Below, one piece after another: positions 49,330 through 59,094 of a stretch of 64,000 nucleotides of DNA. The notes under the pieces were generated by a model. That model made no database searches. It saw only the letters and a list, made by a program, of their open reading frames with translations, and had not been told where the DNA came from. Position 1 is the stretch's first letter. Every line of letters starts with the position of its first letter. The stretch is taken from contig CAXXMD010000002.1 in the NCBI GenBank assembly GCA_963675755.2, forward strand, positions 832,001 to 896,000. Direction: 5' to 3'. This DNA comes from a bacterium (lineage in GTDB: Bacteria; Zhuqueibacterota; Zhuqueibacteria; Residuimicrobiales; Krinioviventaceae). Both the position numbers and the translations under genes were made by a program.

Positions 49330-50144
49330 TATTTTGGCTTTTGCATTACAATAAAAGAACGCACCCCATTCGGAATAATCATAACCAATAATCGATCAAG
49401 ATAGAGAAAATGGGTTACGTTATAAATAAAATTTGTAAAACGATGAAAAAAAGATTCATTCCATATCGCAAATGCTTCTGATTTTATATATTTGTTCAAG
49501 ATCCTACAACTCAACAACAAAATAACCGGCAGTTTTGTTGCATATTTGACTTCTTTTTCAAGAGTCCCAACCTTTAATGCTTTCAATCCTTCTTTCTCAG
49601 CCATTTCAACAAGCTCATAAGGTTTATAAGCTGTATGAAAATAGCTGTCTCCGTATTCACAATCTACATCGTATGTTGTTAACGAACCTACTGCCATATA
49701 GGTTGGACGTGTACGATTAAAATTCGGCGTTGTTAACAACGCAACACCACCAGGTTTAAGTACAGTTGCAATTCCGTTGAATATTTCCTGAGGATTTAAA
49801 CAATGCTCAAGCACTTCACTACACAAGACGTGATCTATACTGTTTTTAGAAATACACAATTTTTCGGCATCTGAAACTGCAAGATTTACCGGTTTTTCCC
49901 GATGGGCCTGCTTAAGCACACTGAAACTGAGATCAATCCCAAAACGGGGACCATTATCATAGTTTTGTAAATACATCCCTCGATTGGTTCCAATTTCAAG
50001 CAAAGATCCCTTGAAGGATTTTAAATATTTTAATACAAATCGTTTTCGCAGTCTTCCCCGAAGTGTCTGATATACTATCTCTTCTTCAGGATATTTTTCC
50101 CCGCACTGTTCATAAAATTTTTTCAGAGCAGTTTTTTCATCCAT
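49329..50144 (-). CDS. Class I SAM-dependent methyltransferase
   Basis: LLEIGTNRG; GIDLS; DAEKL; CSEVLEH; LKPGG...TTPN. Confidence 0.88.
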   Translation of the reverse strand: MDEKTALKKFYEQCGEKYPEEEIVYQTLRGRLRKRFVLKYLKSFKGSLLEIGTNRGMYLQNYDNGPRFGIDLSFSVLKQAHREKPVNLAVSDAEKLCISKNSIDHVLCSEVLEHCLNPQEIFNGIATVLKPGGVALLTTPNFNRTRPTYMAVGSLTTYDVDCEYGDSYFHTAYKPYELVEMAEKEGLKALKVGTLEKEVKYATKLPVILLLSCRILNKYIKSEAFAIWNESFFHRFTNFIYNVTHFLYLDRLLVMIIPNGVRSFIVMQKPK

Positions 50145-51642
50145 TCTTCACATTCCTCAAAACAGGTAAACCCAATAGAATGGTTTTCATTTTATTCAAC
50201 TCGGATTGTTCAAAGAATCTCATAACAAACAACAATACGGGAAATGCAACTAATAGTAATGATTTCAATATCAGGCTGCTGGCAATCCAGGGTTGAATAC
50301 CCAAAACATATACTATTGCGGCCGCAATGACTATTTTAATAACACGCACCCATTCATATTCTACTTTGTACAACTTGGTGGCAACAGTATACAGTGAAAT
50401 AGACATGATGATATAAGCAATAACCCTTGCCCATGCTGCACCCATAATTCCCAAAACAGGAATCAGAGTCACATTTGCTATAACATTGCCCAACATACCT
50501 GCAATGGTAATAAATGGTAAATATTTTGTTTTTTTATAAAGATAAATGCCAATAATAAAATTTAAATATGCAGCGTAAAAAATATAGGCGAGAAAAATAA
50601 CAGGTACAACCTTTGTAGCTGGCCAAAAGTCAGATCCAAGAATGGTAAAGCCACCTACATTGAGTCTAACAATATCTTCAATAAAAAGAGTTAATCCTAC
50701 ATATACAGCAAAGCAAGAAAGAATGACATAGGTAAAGACTTTTTGAAAAATTGCTTTGGCATTTTCCTGTTTTGATGTAGCCAAAAAATAGGGATGCCAG
50801 GCAAACCGAAAAGCGGTAACAAACAATGCCATAAACATTCCCAGTTTTGCACCCTGGCTATAGAGTCCTGCAGCATCAATACTATCCATGCGTTCAAGCA
50901 AAGGTCTGTCTATAGTATCCATTAATGAAACGGATAATGTTGAAGGTAGATATGGCAAACCAAAAGCTAGCAACTCTTTTAATGTAGATACAGACAAGGT
51001 GAATCTGAAACGCTTTATAATAATGGGCAATTGTAAAATAACAGTTAAAAATGAAGCCCAAAAATTTGCAAGGAATATCCCTTCAATACCACTTTTTAAT
51101 CCAAGAATGTATATAGCATTAAAGGTAACATTAATAATCACATTCAAAAATTTGAAAAAGATAAACATAACCGGCCGTTCTTCGGCTCTTAATGCGAGAA
51201 ATGGCATAAATGACAACGCATCAAAGAACAAGATGCCACAAATAATTTTGATCAAATACGTTAGATCGATATTCAAGGCATGTGTCTGTTCATCAAACAA
51301 TAAATTTGCAAAAAATCCGGAATTAAAAAACAATACAAGCGTAAATAAAATGGATGTAATAAATATTGTTAAAAACGCAGTTGACATGATGCGCTTTTTG
51401 CCTTCTTCCGAATCTTCAAGGATATAAAATCGAAAAAAAGCCGTATCTAAACCATAGGTATAAATAATCGTAAAAACTGCAAGATAGGCAAATAAAACGC
51501 CGGCTACACCCATTTCCGCTTCGTTAAACAGATTGGTATGTAATGGAAGCAACAAAAAAACAATCATACGATTGACAATATGTCCAATTCCATATACCGC
51601 CGAATGTTTGAACAAGCGTTTTATGCTGTTAAAAATTGACAT
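50137..51642 (-). CDS. Oligosaccharide flippase (Wzx/polysaccharide biosynthesis protein)
   Basis: HSAVYGIG...FLLLPL; YGLDTAFFRF; FGLP...DTIDR; GLYS; AFRFAWHP; GIMGAAWA; many TM segments. Confidence 0.9.
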   Translation of the reverse strand: MSIFNSIKRLFKHSAVYGIGHIVNRMIVFLLLPLHTNLFNEAEMGVAGVLFAYLAVFTIIYTYGLDTAFFRFYILEDSEEGKKRIMSTAFLTIFITSILFTLVLFFNSGFFANLLFDEQTHALNIDLTYLIKIICGILFFDALSFMPFLALRAEERPVMFIFFKFLNVIINVTFNAIYILGLKSGIEGIFLANFWASFLTVILQLPIIIKRFRFTLSVSTLKELLAFGLPYLPSTLSVSLMDTIDRPLLERMDSIDAAGLYSQGAKLGMFMALFVTAFRFAWHPYFLATSKQENAKAIFQKVFTYVILSCFAVYVGLTLFIEDIVRLNVGGFTILGSDFWPATKVVPVIFLAYIFYAAYLNFIIGIYLYKKTKYLPFITIAGMLGNVIANVTLIPVLGIMGAAWARVIAYIIMSISLYTVATKLYKVEYEWVRVIKIVIAAAIVYVLGIQPWIASSLILKSLLLVAFPVLLFVMRFFEQSELNKMKTILLGLPVLRNVKNG

Positions 51643-51667
51643 CTAGGATTTCCAGTACTAAGACCTG

Positions 51668-52456
51668 TCAAAAAGTATACAAATCAGGATGACGGTCAGT
51701 GAATAAATTATTGAGAGGATTTAATTGTTTATTTCGTGCCTTTTCCGGATCAATCTCAATTACCTGTACATCTTCTCTGGAATTAGATGAACGTACAAGA
51801 ATCTCGCCCCTGGGACCCGTTATTTGACTTGCACCTGTGAAATCGACCTGAAGTTCTCCCCTGACATCAGAACCAATACGGTTTGCGGTTACTGCATATA
51901 CACTGTTTTCAAGACAGCGAGTAACCATAGCATTCTGGCAATACGGCATGACCAGATTAGCACTGTGGCAGATCAAATCTGCTCCTTGCAGCGCCAAAGA
52001 CCGCATGGATTCCGGAAAAATCCAGTCAAAGCAGATCATCATTCCAACTTTAATTTCACCAATATTTTGAACAGTAAATGGAATATCACCATGATCAAAA
52101 CAGGTCTTTTCCTTATTAAAAAGATGTATCTTTCTATATACAGAAATAAATCCATCCGGACCAGATAAAAAACTTGCGTTATAAACTTTATCACCAGAAC
52201 GTTCAGGCAAACCGGCAGAAATATAACATTTTTTTTGTTTTGCAAAGTTGGTTAACGCTTTGCAAGTTGGGCCATCAGGAACAGATTCGGCAAAACTCAT
52301 TACCTCTTCCCGATCTTTGAACAAGTAACCGGTATTAAATAATTCGGGAAGTATATAAAGATCAGCTTCTTTAGATTGCAGTAATTCCAGCGCATGAAGA
52401 ACATTACGCTCTACTTGACCAAAATCACAATACATTTGCACAAAAGCTACACGCAT
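51668..52456 (-). CDS. Nitrilase-superfamily carbon-nitrogen hydrolase
   Basis: Catalytic triad motifs LPELF (E), YRKIHLF (K), ICFDW (C). Confidence 0.92.
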   Translation of the reverse strand: MRVAFVQMYCDFGQVERNVLHALELLQSKEADLYILPELFNTGYLFKDREEVMSFAESVPDGPTCKALTNFAKQKKCYISAGLPERSGDKVYNASFLSGPDGFISVYRKIHLFNKEKTCFDHGDIPFTVQNIGEIKVGMMICFDWIFPESMRSLALQGADLICHSANLVMPYCQNAMVTRCLENSVYAVTANRIGSDVRGELQVDFTGASQITGPRGEILVRSSNSREDVQVIEIDPEKARNKQLNPLNNLFTDRHPDLYTF

Positions 52457-52467
52457 GAAATCTATCC

Positions 52468-53367
52468 TTAATCCTGAACTACATTATTTGTCAAGAGTCC
52501 CAACCCTTTGATAGTGGCTTCTATTCTATCACCGGGTTCAATAGGCAAAGTACCTTCAGGTGTACCGGTACAAATAACATCACCGGGTTCAAGGCTAATA
52601 TATTTGGTTATATATTCAATCAATTCCGGAATTTTAAACACCATATCTTTGGTGTTTGCTTTTTGTCGTATTTCACCATTGACTTTGAGTTCAAGATCCA
52701 GATTGTGTGGGTCTTCAATTGCGTCAGCAGGCACCAAATATGGGCCCATGGGTAAAAATGTATCCATACCTTTTGGCAATGACCAGGGATGTCCTTTTTT
52801 AATACAATCACCCTGCAGTGCACGAGCAGTAACATCATTAGCAATAGCATAACCAGCCACATATTCCATGGCTTTGCTTTGTTTTACATATTTTGCATGT
52901 TTTCCAATTACAACAGCCAGTTCAAGTTCATGATCAACACGACCAATACCTTCAGGTATACGAATATCACCATCTACCGGCAGCAAACTGGATGGGAACT
53001 TGGCAAAAAACATGGGCTTTTCAGGAACTTTGGATTTCCACTCTTCGGCATGAGCAACATAATTTCTACCCAGGCAGATAATTTTAGAAGGTCTTGAAAT
53101 GGGCACATCGAACCGAACATCACCTTTGATAACAAGATCATCAAGTGTACGAAATTGTTTTATCTCATCAAGTACTTCGGTAATAACACTGTTGGAAAAG
53201 TTTTCCATTTCAATCATAATCTGCAGGAAATAATAGTCCGGGGTTTGCGGAGAACTTTTCAATTCTTTAAATATCTGCCAGATATAGGTAAAATCAAGAC
53301 GTTTACCGTCAACCTCAACACCTATACGGGGCTGACCTTTTGTCGTAAGATATGAAAAGGCACGCAT
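52468..53367 (-). CDS. Fumarylacetoacetate hydrolase family protein
   Basis: KIICLGRNY..H; DHELELAVVIG; NDVTAR; KGMDTF.PMGP; PGDVICTGTPEG. Confidence 0.93.
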   Translation of the reverse strand: MRAFSYLTTKGQPRIGVEVDGKRLDFTYIWQIFKELKSSPQTPDYYFLQIMIEMENFSNSVITEVLDEIKQFRTLDDLVIKGDVRFDVPISRPSKIICLGRNYVAHAEEWKSKVPEKPMFFAKFPSSLLPVDGDIRIPEGIGRVDHELELAVVIGKHAKYVKQSKAMEYVAGYAIANDVTARALQGDCIKKGHPWSLPKGMDTFLPMGPYLVPADAIEDPHNLDLELKVNGEIRQKANTKDMVFKIPELIEYITKYISLEPGDVICTGTPEGTLPIEPGDRIEATIKGLGLLTNNVVQD

Positions 53368-53488
53368 GAAATAAATCCTCCGGTTTGATTTATCTAAAAT
53401 AATAATTAACTTGGGACTATTATATTAAAGTAACGTGTAAAAAACAAGTGAAATATAGGCTACATTAACAAACATTCAGAATATAATT

Positions 53489-55105
53489 ATGAAAATCAGA
53501 ATACACCAACTCTATTTAAAACTAGAGTATAAAGATAGTGATATTTTAAAATTTGCGGCAAAAAAATTAAACTGCCAACCAGAATCATTATCAATCATCA
53601 GGGTGAACAAACGATCAATTGATGCACGCCCCAGACATCCCGAACCATTGTACACTTTGTCCGTTGATGTAGAATTCACAGGTAGCAATTTATCAGGAAA
53701 ATTTAAACCAAATGAAGTTCAAATTCTCACTGAACCGGAAAACATTGCATCTTTTTTTTCACCGCTCAAGTCCGACAATCCATTCCCTCCTGTTGTTATT
53801 GGTGCAGGTCCTGCAGGGCTCTATGCAGCTTTGGTTCTTGCCGAATCGGGACTAAAACCCATACTCATTGAGAGAGGTGCTGCCGTTACAGAGCGATCAG
53901 ATCATGTTGAACAATTTTGGACAAAAGACATCCTCAATGTAGAAAGTAATGTTTTATATGGAGAAGGTGGTGCCGGACTCTTTTCAGACGGAAAACTGAC
54001 TGCACGGAGTAAAGATAAACCTCGTATCCGATATCTGTTACAAACACTGGTAGATAACGGAGCTCCTGAAGACATTTTGTTAGATTGGGAACCACACGTT
54101 GGTACTGATCTGCTTGCCAATATTGTACCCAATATGCGTAATAAAATCATATCACTCGGTGGTACAGTCAAATTCAATTCGCAATTAACCAATCTGATAA
54201 TAAAAGATAAAAACCTCGTTGCTGTACAGCTTGAGGATGAAACTATTGAAACGAATCACTGCATTCTTGCAACAGGACACAGTGCACGTGACGTTTATGA
54301 TATGTTACATCAGGCAGATGTTCCATTACAATCCAAGCCCATTGCAATTGGAGTGCGTGTTGAAGTCCCACAAATACAGGTTAACCGCGCGCAATGGGGA
54401 AAGTTTGCCGAACATCCCAAACTGGGAGCAGCAAGTTACAGATTGACCCGAAAAAGCCAACAAAACGCACGCGCCTGTTACAGCTTTTGCATGTGTCCCG
54501 GAGGAACGGTTATCTCGTGTGCATCGACACAAGGTGAATTTACAACAAATGGTATGAGTCACTCTACCAGAGGCGGGAATTTTGCTAATGCAGCCTACCT
54601 GGTGCCTGTAAATCCTGATGATTATTTTAATGATATTGATTCATCAGGCCAGGATGTTCTTGCCGGTTATCGCTATCAACAGGAAATTGAAAAAAAAGCA
54701 TATCTTGCCGGAGGTGGCAATTATCATATACCGGCCTCGACGTTGCCAGATTTTCTAAATAAAAGCAACCCTACATCAATACCGAATGAGCGGTCCTGGC
54801 ATTTTGCTTTTCCAGCAAATCTATACGACATTCTACCGGAATTCATTACAAACACACTTGAAATTCAAATACCACAAATGCTCAAAGAATTGAACAGAGT
54901 AGGTCCTGGTGATGTATTAATCTATGCTCCGGAAACGCGCAGTTCCAGTCCTATACGAATTGAACGTAATGAATATGGCGAGTCAACAGGATTAACAGGA
55001 TTATTTCCGGCCGGTGAAGGTGCAGGTTATGCGGGTGGAATTGTTAGTTCTGCAATAGATGGAATCAAAGCGGCAGAAGCAGTAATAAAATCAATTTTAA
55101 CATAA
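53489..55105 (+). CDS. FAD-dependent oxidoreductase (uncharacterised dehydrogenase family)
   Basis: VIGAGPAG; GEGGAGLFSDGKL; PHVGTD; SFCMCPGG; ETRSSSP; GEGAGYAGGIVSSAIDG. Confidence 0.9.
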   Translation: MKIRIHQLYLKLEYKDSDILKFAAKKLNCQPESLSIIRVNKRSIDARPRHPEPLYTLSVDVEFTGSNLSGKFKPNEVQILTEPENIASFFSPLKSDNPFPPVVIGAGPAGLYAALVLAESGLKPILIERGAAVTERSDHVEQFWTKDILNVESNVLYGEGGAGLFSDGKLTARSKDKPRIRYLLQTLVDNGAPEDILLDWEPHVGTDLLANIVPNMRNKIISLGGTVKFNSQLTNLIIKDKNLVAVQLEDETIETNHCILATGHSARDVYDMLHQADVPLQSKPIAIGVRVEVPQIQVNRAQWGKFAEHPKLGAASYRLTRKSQQNARACYSFCMCPGGTVISCASTQGEFTTNGMSHSTRGGNFANAAYLVPVNPDDYFNDIDSSGQDVLAGYRYQQEIEKKAYLAGGGNYHIPASTLPDFLNKSNPTSIPNERSWHFAFPANLYDILPEFITNTLEIQIPQMLKELNRVGPGDVLIYAPETRSSSPIRIERNEYGESTGLTGLFPAGEGAGYAGGIVSSAIDGIKAAEAVIKSILT

Positions 55106-55140
55106 AAAAAGCCCGGCTCTCTCATTCCGGGCTCTTTTTT
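55104..55140. terminator. Bidirectional intrinsic terminator
   Basis: A-run, agcccgg-N10-ccgggct, T-run, between convergent genes. Confidence 0.75.
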
Positions 55141-55168
55141 CATCATCTTTGGAGGAAGATGTTATATT

Positions 55169-55795
55169 TTATTTCACATACTTTTTATAACGGTCATTAA
55201 TTCGTCCCCAATGCAAATTATCAATAAAATTATCGATATATGTTGCACGTCCGGGGCCATCTTTATGATAATATGCATGTTCAAATACATCCAGTGAAAT
55301 CAAGGGAATTCCGCCCCAGATCGCACCATATTGATGTTCATCGACCAGAACATTCAGCAACCTCTGTGAGTAGAGTGAATCAAACACGAGCAATCCCCAG
55401 CCACTCAATTTTGCTGAAAATGCAGTTGCTTTAAAGTCTTCTTTCCACTTTTCAAAAGAACCAAACTCTTTTTCAATTGCAGCCAACACATCGGGACCTT
55501 TTGACGGATCTCCATCTCCACCCATTACTTCCCAATAGACATCGTGAAGTAATGCACCAGAGTGGTTCCAGGTCAATCTTCTTTTAAGTTCGCCAATTTC
55601 GCTGTAATTACCATTGGCTTTTGAGCGGTCTGCAGATTCCAAACCTTTTTCAATTGTATTAAGAGCTGCTACATAACCTTTATGGTGCTTATTATAATGC
55701 CAGTCCGAAGTTTCCGGACTAACTACATTTGACAACAATGTTTTAGCTTCTTCATCACTATAAGGGCGATTTCCAACTTTCCATTCGTATGACAT
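55169..55795 (-). CDS. Fe/Mn superoxide dismutase
   Basis: WHYNKHHKGY; WNHSGALLHDVYW; FGSFEKWK; SGWG; LDVFEHAYY. Start ATG 55795 behind AAGGAG. Confidence 0.92.
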   Translation of the reverse strand: MSYEWKVGNRPYSDEEAKTLLSNVVSPETSDWHYNKHHKGYVAALNTIEKGLESADRSKANGNYSEIGELKRRLTWNHSGALLHDVYWEVMGGDGDPSKGPDVLAAIEKEFGSFEKWKEDFKATAFSAKLSGWGLLVFDSLYSQRLLNVLVDEHQYGAIWGGIPLISLDVFEHAYYHKDGPGRATYIDNFIDNLHWGRINDRYKKYVK

Positions 55796-55942
55796 GATGT
55801 TCTCCTTAATGTTGTTCTTTATCCTTTCAATCAAGGAATTATACAACAGAAGCCTATTGCCGGTTATTCCAAAAGTTTTTAAAAATGAAAAATTCTATGA
55901 TATGGATAATAAAATAATGCAGAAACAGCCTAGAATTCATGC

Positions 55943-55971
55943 TTGCAATTTTTAATTAAAAGTCGTATTGT
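55943..55971 (+). promoter_or_regulatory. Sigma70-type promoter upstream of the TPR-TonB operon
   Basis: TTGCAA-N17-TATTGT. Confidence 0.4.
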
Positions 55972-56022
55972 TTGAAATGAATTTTATAAAATGTAAAACA
56001 ACGTAATGAATGCAAAAACAAT

Positions 56023-56050
56023 GGAACCTGCACTCTTTTAATAACGTCTA
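56023..56050 (+). promoter_or_regulatory. ECF sigma promoter upstream of the TPR-TonB operon
   Basis: GGAACC-N16-CGTCTA ending 35 nt before the ATG. Confidence 0.6.
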
Positions 56051-56085
56051 TTAATATAATAATCAATTATTTATCCGGGAAGAGA

Positions 56086-59000
56086 ATGATAAAAAAACTT
56101 TTTCTATTTCTGATCCTGTCTAATTCGGTTTATTTGTTTGCACAAACAACCGGTTCGCAGGCCGATAATGACTTTTATGTTGCAAAAGGAATGTATAACG
56201 ACCAGTTATATGATCTGGCAGCATCCCAGTTTCGGGAATTCCTCAGTAAACACAGGGATGAATCTCTGGCTGAGGAAGCACAATTCCTGCTTGGAGAATG
56301 CTATTATCAAAGTGGTGATTATTCACGTGCTGTAACGGAATACAAAAAATTATTATCCGATTACCCGGCCATTGGTTTCAGGGACAAGGCTTATTATCGA
56401 ATTGGCGAAACCATGGTGAATTCAGGCCAATATGAAGAAGGTATAAAAGCCTTTCAAATCTTTTTATCTCAATATCCCAAAAGTCCGTTAGTGACAGATG
56501 CGTATTACTGGTATGCCGAAGCTTTGTATCATACCGGTAATAATGCCAAAGCCCTTGAATATTATGCGCGTGTATATAACATGGATAAATCCGGTCCATT
56601 GGCTGACTATTCTTTTTATTCTGCAGCATTTATCTATGAAGAAATGAAAAAATGGGACCAGGCACTTAAAGCTTATCAACTCTTGTTAAAAAATCACCCC
56701 TCAAGTCCACTTGTGCCACAAACTACATATCGTATGGGTTTGGTCTATTTTGGAAAAGGTGAATATGATACTAGCATAAAAATTTTGGATAAAGCAATCA
56801 AAGATTATCCCAAAAACGATATGCGTTTTGAAGCCCAATACTTTATTGGAGAATCTTATTTCAAACTGGAACAATATGTAAAAGCACTTGAAGCCTATAA
56901 CATGGTTGCTGTTGTTCCTGACAACAGTTATGCCGATGATGCGCATTACAGCATGGGTTGGGCATATTTTAAAATCAATCAATTTGAAAATGCTGCACTC
57001 TCTTTCTCTCAGGCTGCTGAGATCAGCAATTCAAAAGAAATCATTTCATCATCATGGTTTCAGGCTGGCAGGAACCGTTTAAAACTGGGACAAACAGATC
57101 AGGCATCACAACTTTTTAAAAGAGTCATTCTGAACCACCCGGATTCCAAAGATGCACCCAATGCGATGTATGAACTGGGCTCTATTGATTTTGATGCCAA
57201 ACAAATTGCAGGCGCAAAACAATATTTTCAGGATATTGTTGATAAATATCCGGATTCTTCTATAGCTGGCCAGGCTTCCCTTATGATTGGAGAATGCTAT
57301 CTCTTAGACAACGATTCAGAAACTGCTTTAAAGGCATTTCAAACAACGGAATCCACATACCAATCTGCGTTTATTCAGGCAAATGCATTATTCAAGATGG
57401 GTAAACTTTATTATAATTCCGGTAATTATGCTAAAGCGCTTGAATATTTTAATAAAGTAAATTCTCAATATACAGATCAACTGGTACATAGCGAATCCAT
57501 GTTCTGGTATGCGGAAACCTTGTTCAAATCAAATGATTTTCAGCAGGCATTAACTTCATATAACAAATTCATAAAATATTATCCAAATTCACCCAAACTC
57601 GCTGAAGCATGGTATGGACTTGGATATGCTGCCATAAAAACAGACAACTTTCAACAAGCAGAAGATGCATTTAAAAATGCAAACAAGCTTGCAGATAATA
57701 AATCCTTAAAAATTGATGCATTATTACGGATGGGAGATGCAATCTTTAACACCAAAGAATACATCCGTGCTATTACCTATTATGAAAAAGCATTAAATAC
57801 GGATGCCTCTCATTCTCAAAAAGCAGAAGCTAATTTTCAAATTGGTTATTGTTATTACCGTAATACCAATTTTCATGTTGCAAAAAAATCATTTACCACA
57901 GTCACCCAAGAGTTTGGTGATACACAATATGCAGCGGAAGCTCAGTATATGATTGGACGTTGTTCCTTTCGTACCAATGATTTCCCTGAAGCTATTGCAG
58001 AATTCAACTCTTTGTTGAGTAAATATCCCAACAGCACTTTTGCGGATGATGCAACATATGCTATAGGAGACTGCTATTACAATCAGGGTGATTATGACAA
58101 CGCTATACTACAATACCGAAAATTACTAGACACTTTTCCCAAAAGTGAATATGTATCGGATGCAGTTAACGGTGTGCAATGGTCAATGATGCAAAAAGGT
58201 GAATCTGATGATGCCATGAACATGGTTGACGAACTTTTACCCAAAATAGACGATCCCGATGTTGCAGCCAAAGTGTTAATTCGTAAAGCTGAATTTGCAG
58301 AAAACATGCAGCAGTATGACCAGGCAATTGCACAATATCAGCTTGTTCTAAGAGATTATCCCACTTCGGAAGCTGCAAAAAGCATGTATTATCATATCGG
58401 TAAAGTTTATGATAAATTCAAAGATCCTGAAACTGCAGTTACCACGTTACAGAAACAATGGGAACAATATCCTGATACAAAAGCAGCGGCAGATGCTTTA
58501 CTACTGGCAGCATTAATACACCAAAAACAGGGAAACCATGACGCGGCAATTGAAACCTATGAAAAATTCATCGGTAATTTCCCCGATCATGATAAACTTG
58601 CAGAAGCGAATTATTTAGCCGGAAATTCCTGGTACAGTAAAAACAATATGGACATGGCGATTAAGTATTATCAAAATGCCATTACCATAAATAACAATGC
58701 AAGAACTACAAATCAGGCAAATATCGGACTTGCCAGGATCTATATTAAAACCGGCAAAACTGAACCAGCTGAAAGTATATTGCACAGTCTCACCAGCCAA
58801 ACGACTATAGATGCAGATCTTGCAGCTGAAGCACATTATCTCATCGGTGAAGTTTACAAGGCACGCGAGGAATATCAAAATGCAGTGGTTGCATTCTTGA
58901 AAATAAAATATATTTTTACAACGGAAACGGATTGGGTTGTTCGGGGCATTTACCAGGCCGCATTATGTAATGAAGAATTAAAGAAATATGACGAGTCCAG

Positions 59001-59094
59001 GCGGCTCTATAATTCAATTATTCGTGAATTCCCCAATCAAACAGAATATCAGGAATACGCAAAGAACCGGTTGCAGCAATTGGCAGGGAAATAA
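56086..59094 (+). CDS. Large periplasmic TPR protein (CpoB/BamD-like repeats, 1002 aa)
   Basis: Signal peptide; more than 20 repeats of the type AxxxYxxLLxxYPxSxxxxxAxYxxG. Confidence 0.92.
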   Translation: MIKKLFLFLILSNSVYLFAQTTGSQADNDFYVAKGMYNDQLYDLAASQFREFLSKHRDESLAEEAQFLLGECYYQSGDYSRAVTEYKKLLSDYPAIGFRDKAYYRIGETMVNSGQYEEGIKAFQIFLSQYPKSPLVTDAYYWYAEALYHTGNNAKALEYYARVYNMDKSGPLADYSFYSAAFIYEEMKKWDQALKAYQLLLKNHPSSPLVPQTTYRMGLVYFGKGEYDTSIKILDKAIKDYPKNDMRFEAQYFIGESYFKLEQYVKALEAYNMVAVVPDNSYADDAHYSMGWAYFKINQFENAALSFSQAAEISNSKEIISSSWFQAGRNRLKLGQTDQASQLFKRVILNHPDSKDAPNAMYELGSIDFDAKQIAGAKQYFQDIVDKYPDSSIAGQASLMIGECYLLDNDSETALKAFQTTESTYQSAFIQANALFKMGKLYYNSGNYAKALEYFNKVNSQYTDQLVHSESMFWYAETLFKSNDFQQALTSYNKFIKYYPNSPKLAEAWYGLGYAAIKTDNFQQAEDAFKNANKLADNKSLKIDALLRMGDAIFNTKEYIRAITYYEKALNTDASHSQKAEANFQIGYCYYRNTNFHVAKKSFTTVTQEFGDTQYAAEAQYMIGRCSFRTNDFPEAIAEFNSLLSKYPNSTFADDATYAIGDCYYNQGDYDNAILQYRKLLDTFPKSEYVSDAVNGVQWSMMQKGESDDAMNMVDELLPKIDDPDVAAKVLIRKAEFAENMQQYDQAIAQYQLVLRDYPTSEAAKSMYYHIGKVYDKFKDPETAVTTLQKQWEQYPDTKAAADALLLAALIHQKQGNHDAAIETYEKFIGNFPDHDKLAEANYLAGNSWYSKNNMDMAIKYYQNAITINNNARTTNQANIGLARIYIKTGKTEPAESILHSLTSQTTIDADLAAEAHYLIGEVYKAREEYQNAVVAFLKIKYIFTTETDWVVRGIYQAALCNEELKKYDESRRLYNSIIREFPNQTEYQEYAKNRLQQLAGK

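Noticed and set aside
55860-56010. Fur/PerR box upstream of the SOD gene
   Set aside because: Only AT-rich partial matches, with no convincing inverted repeat.
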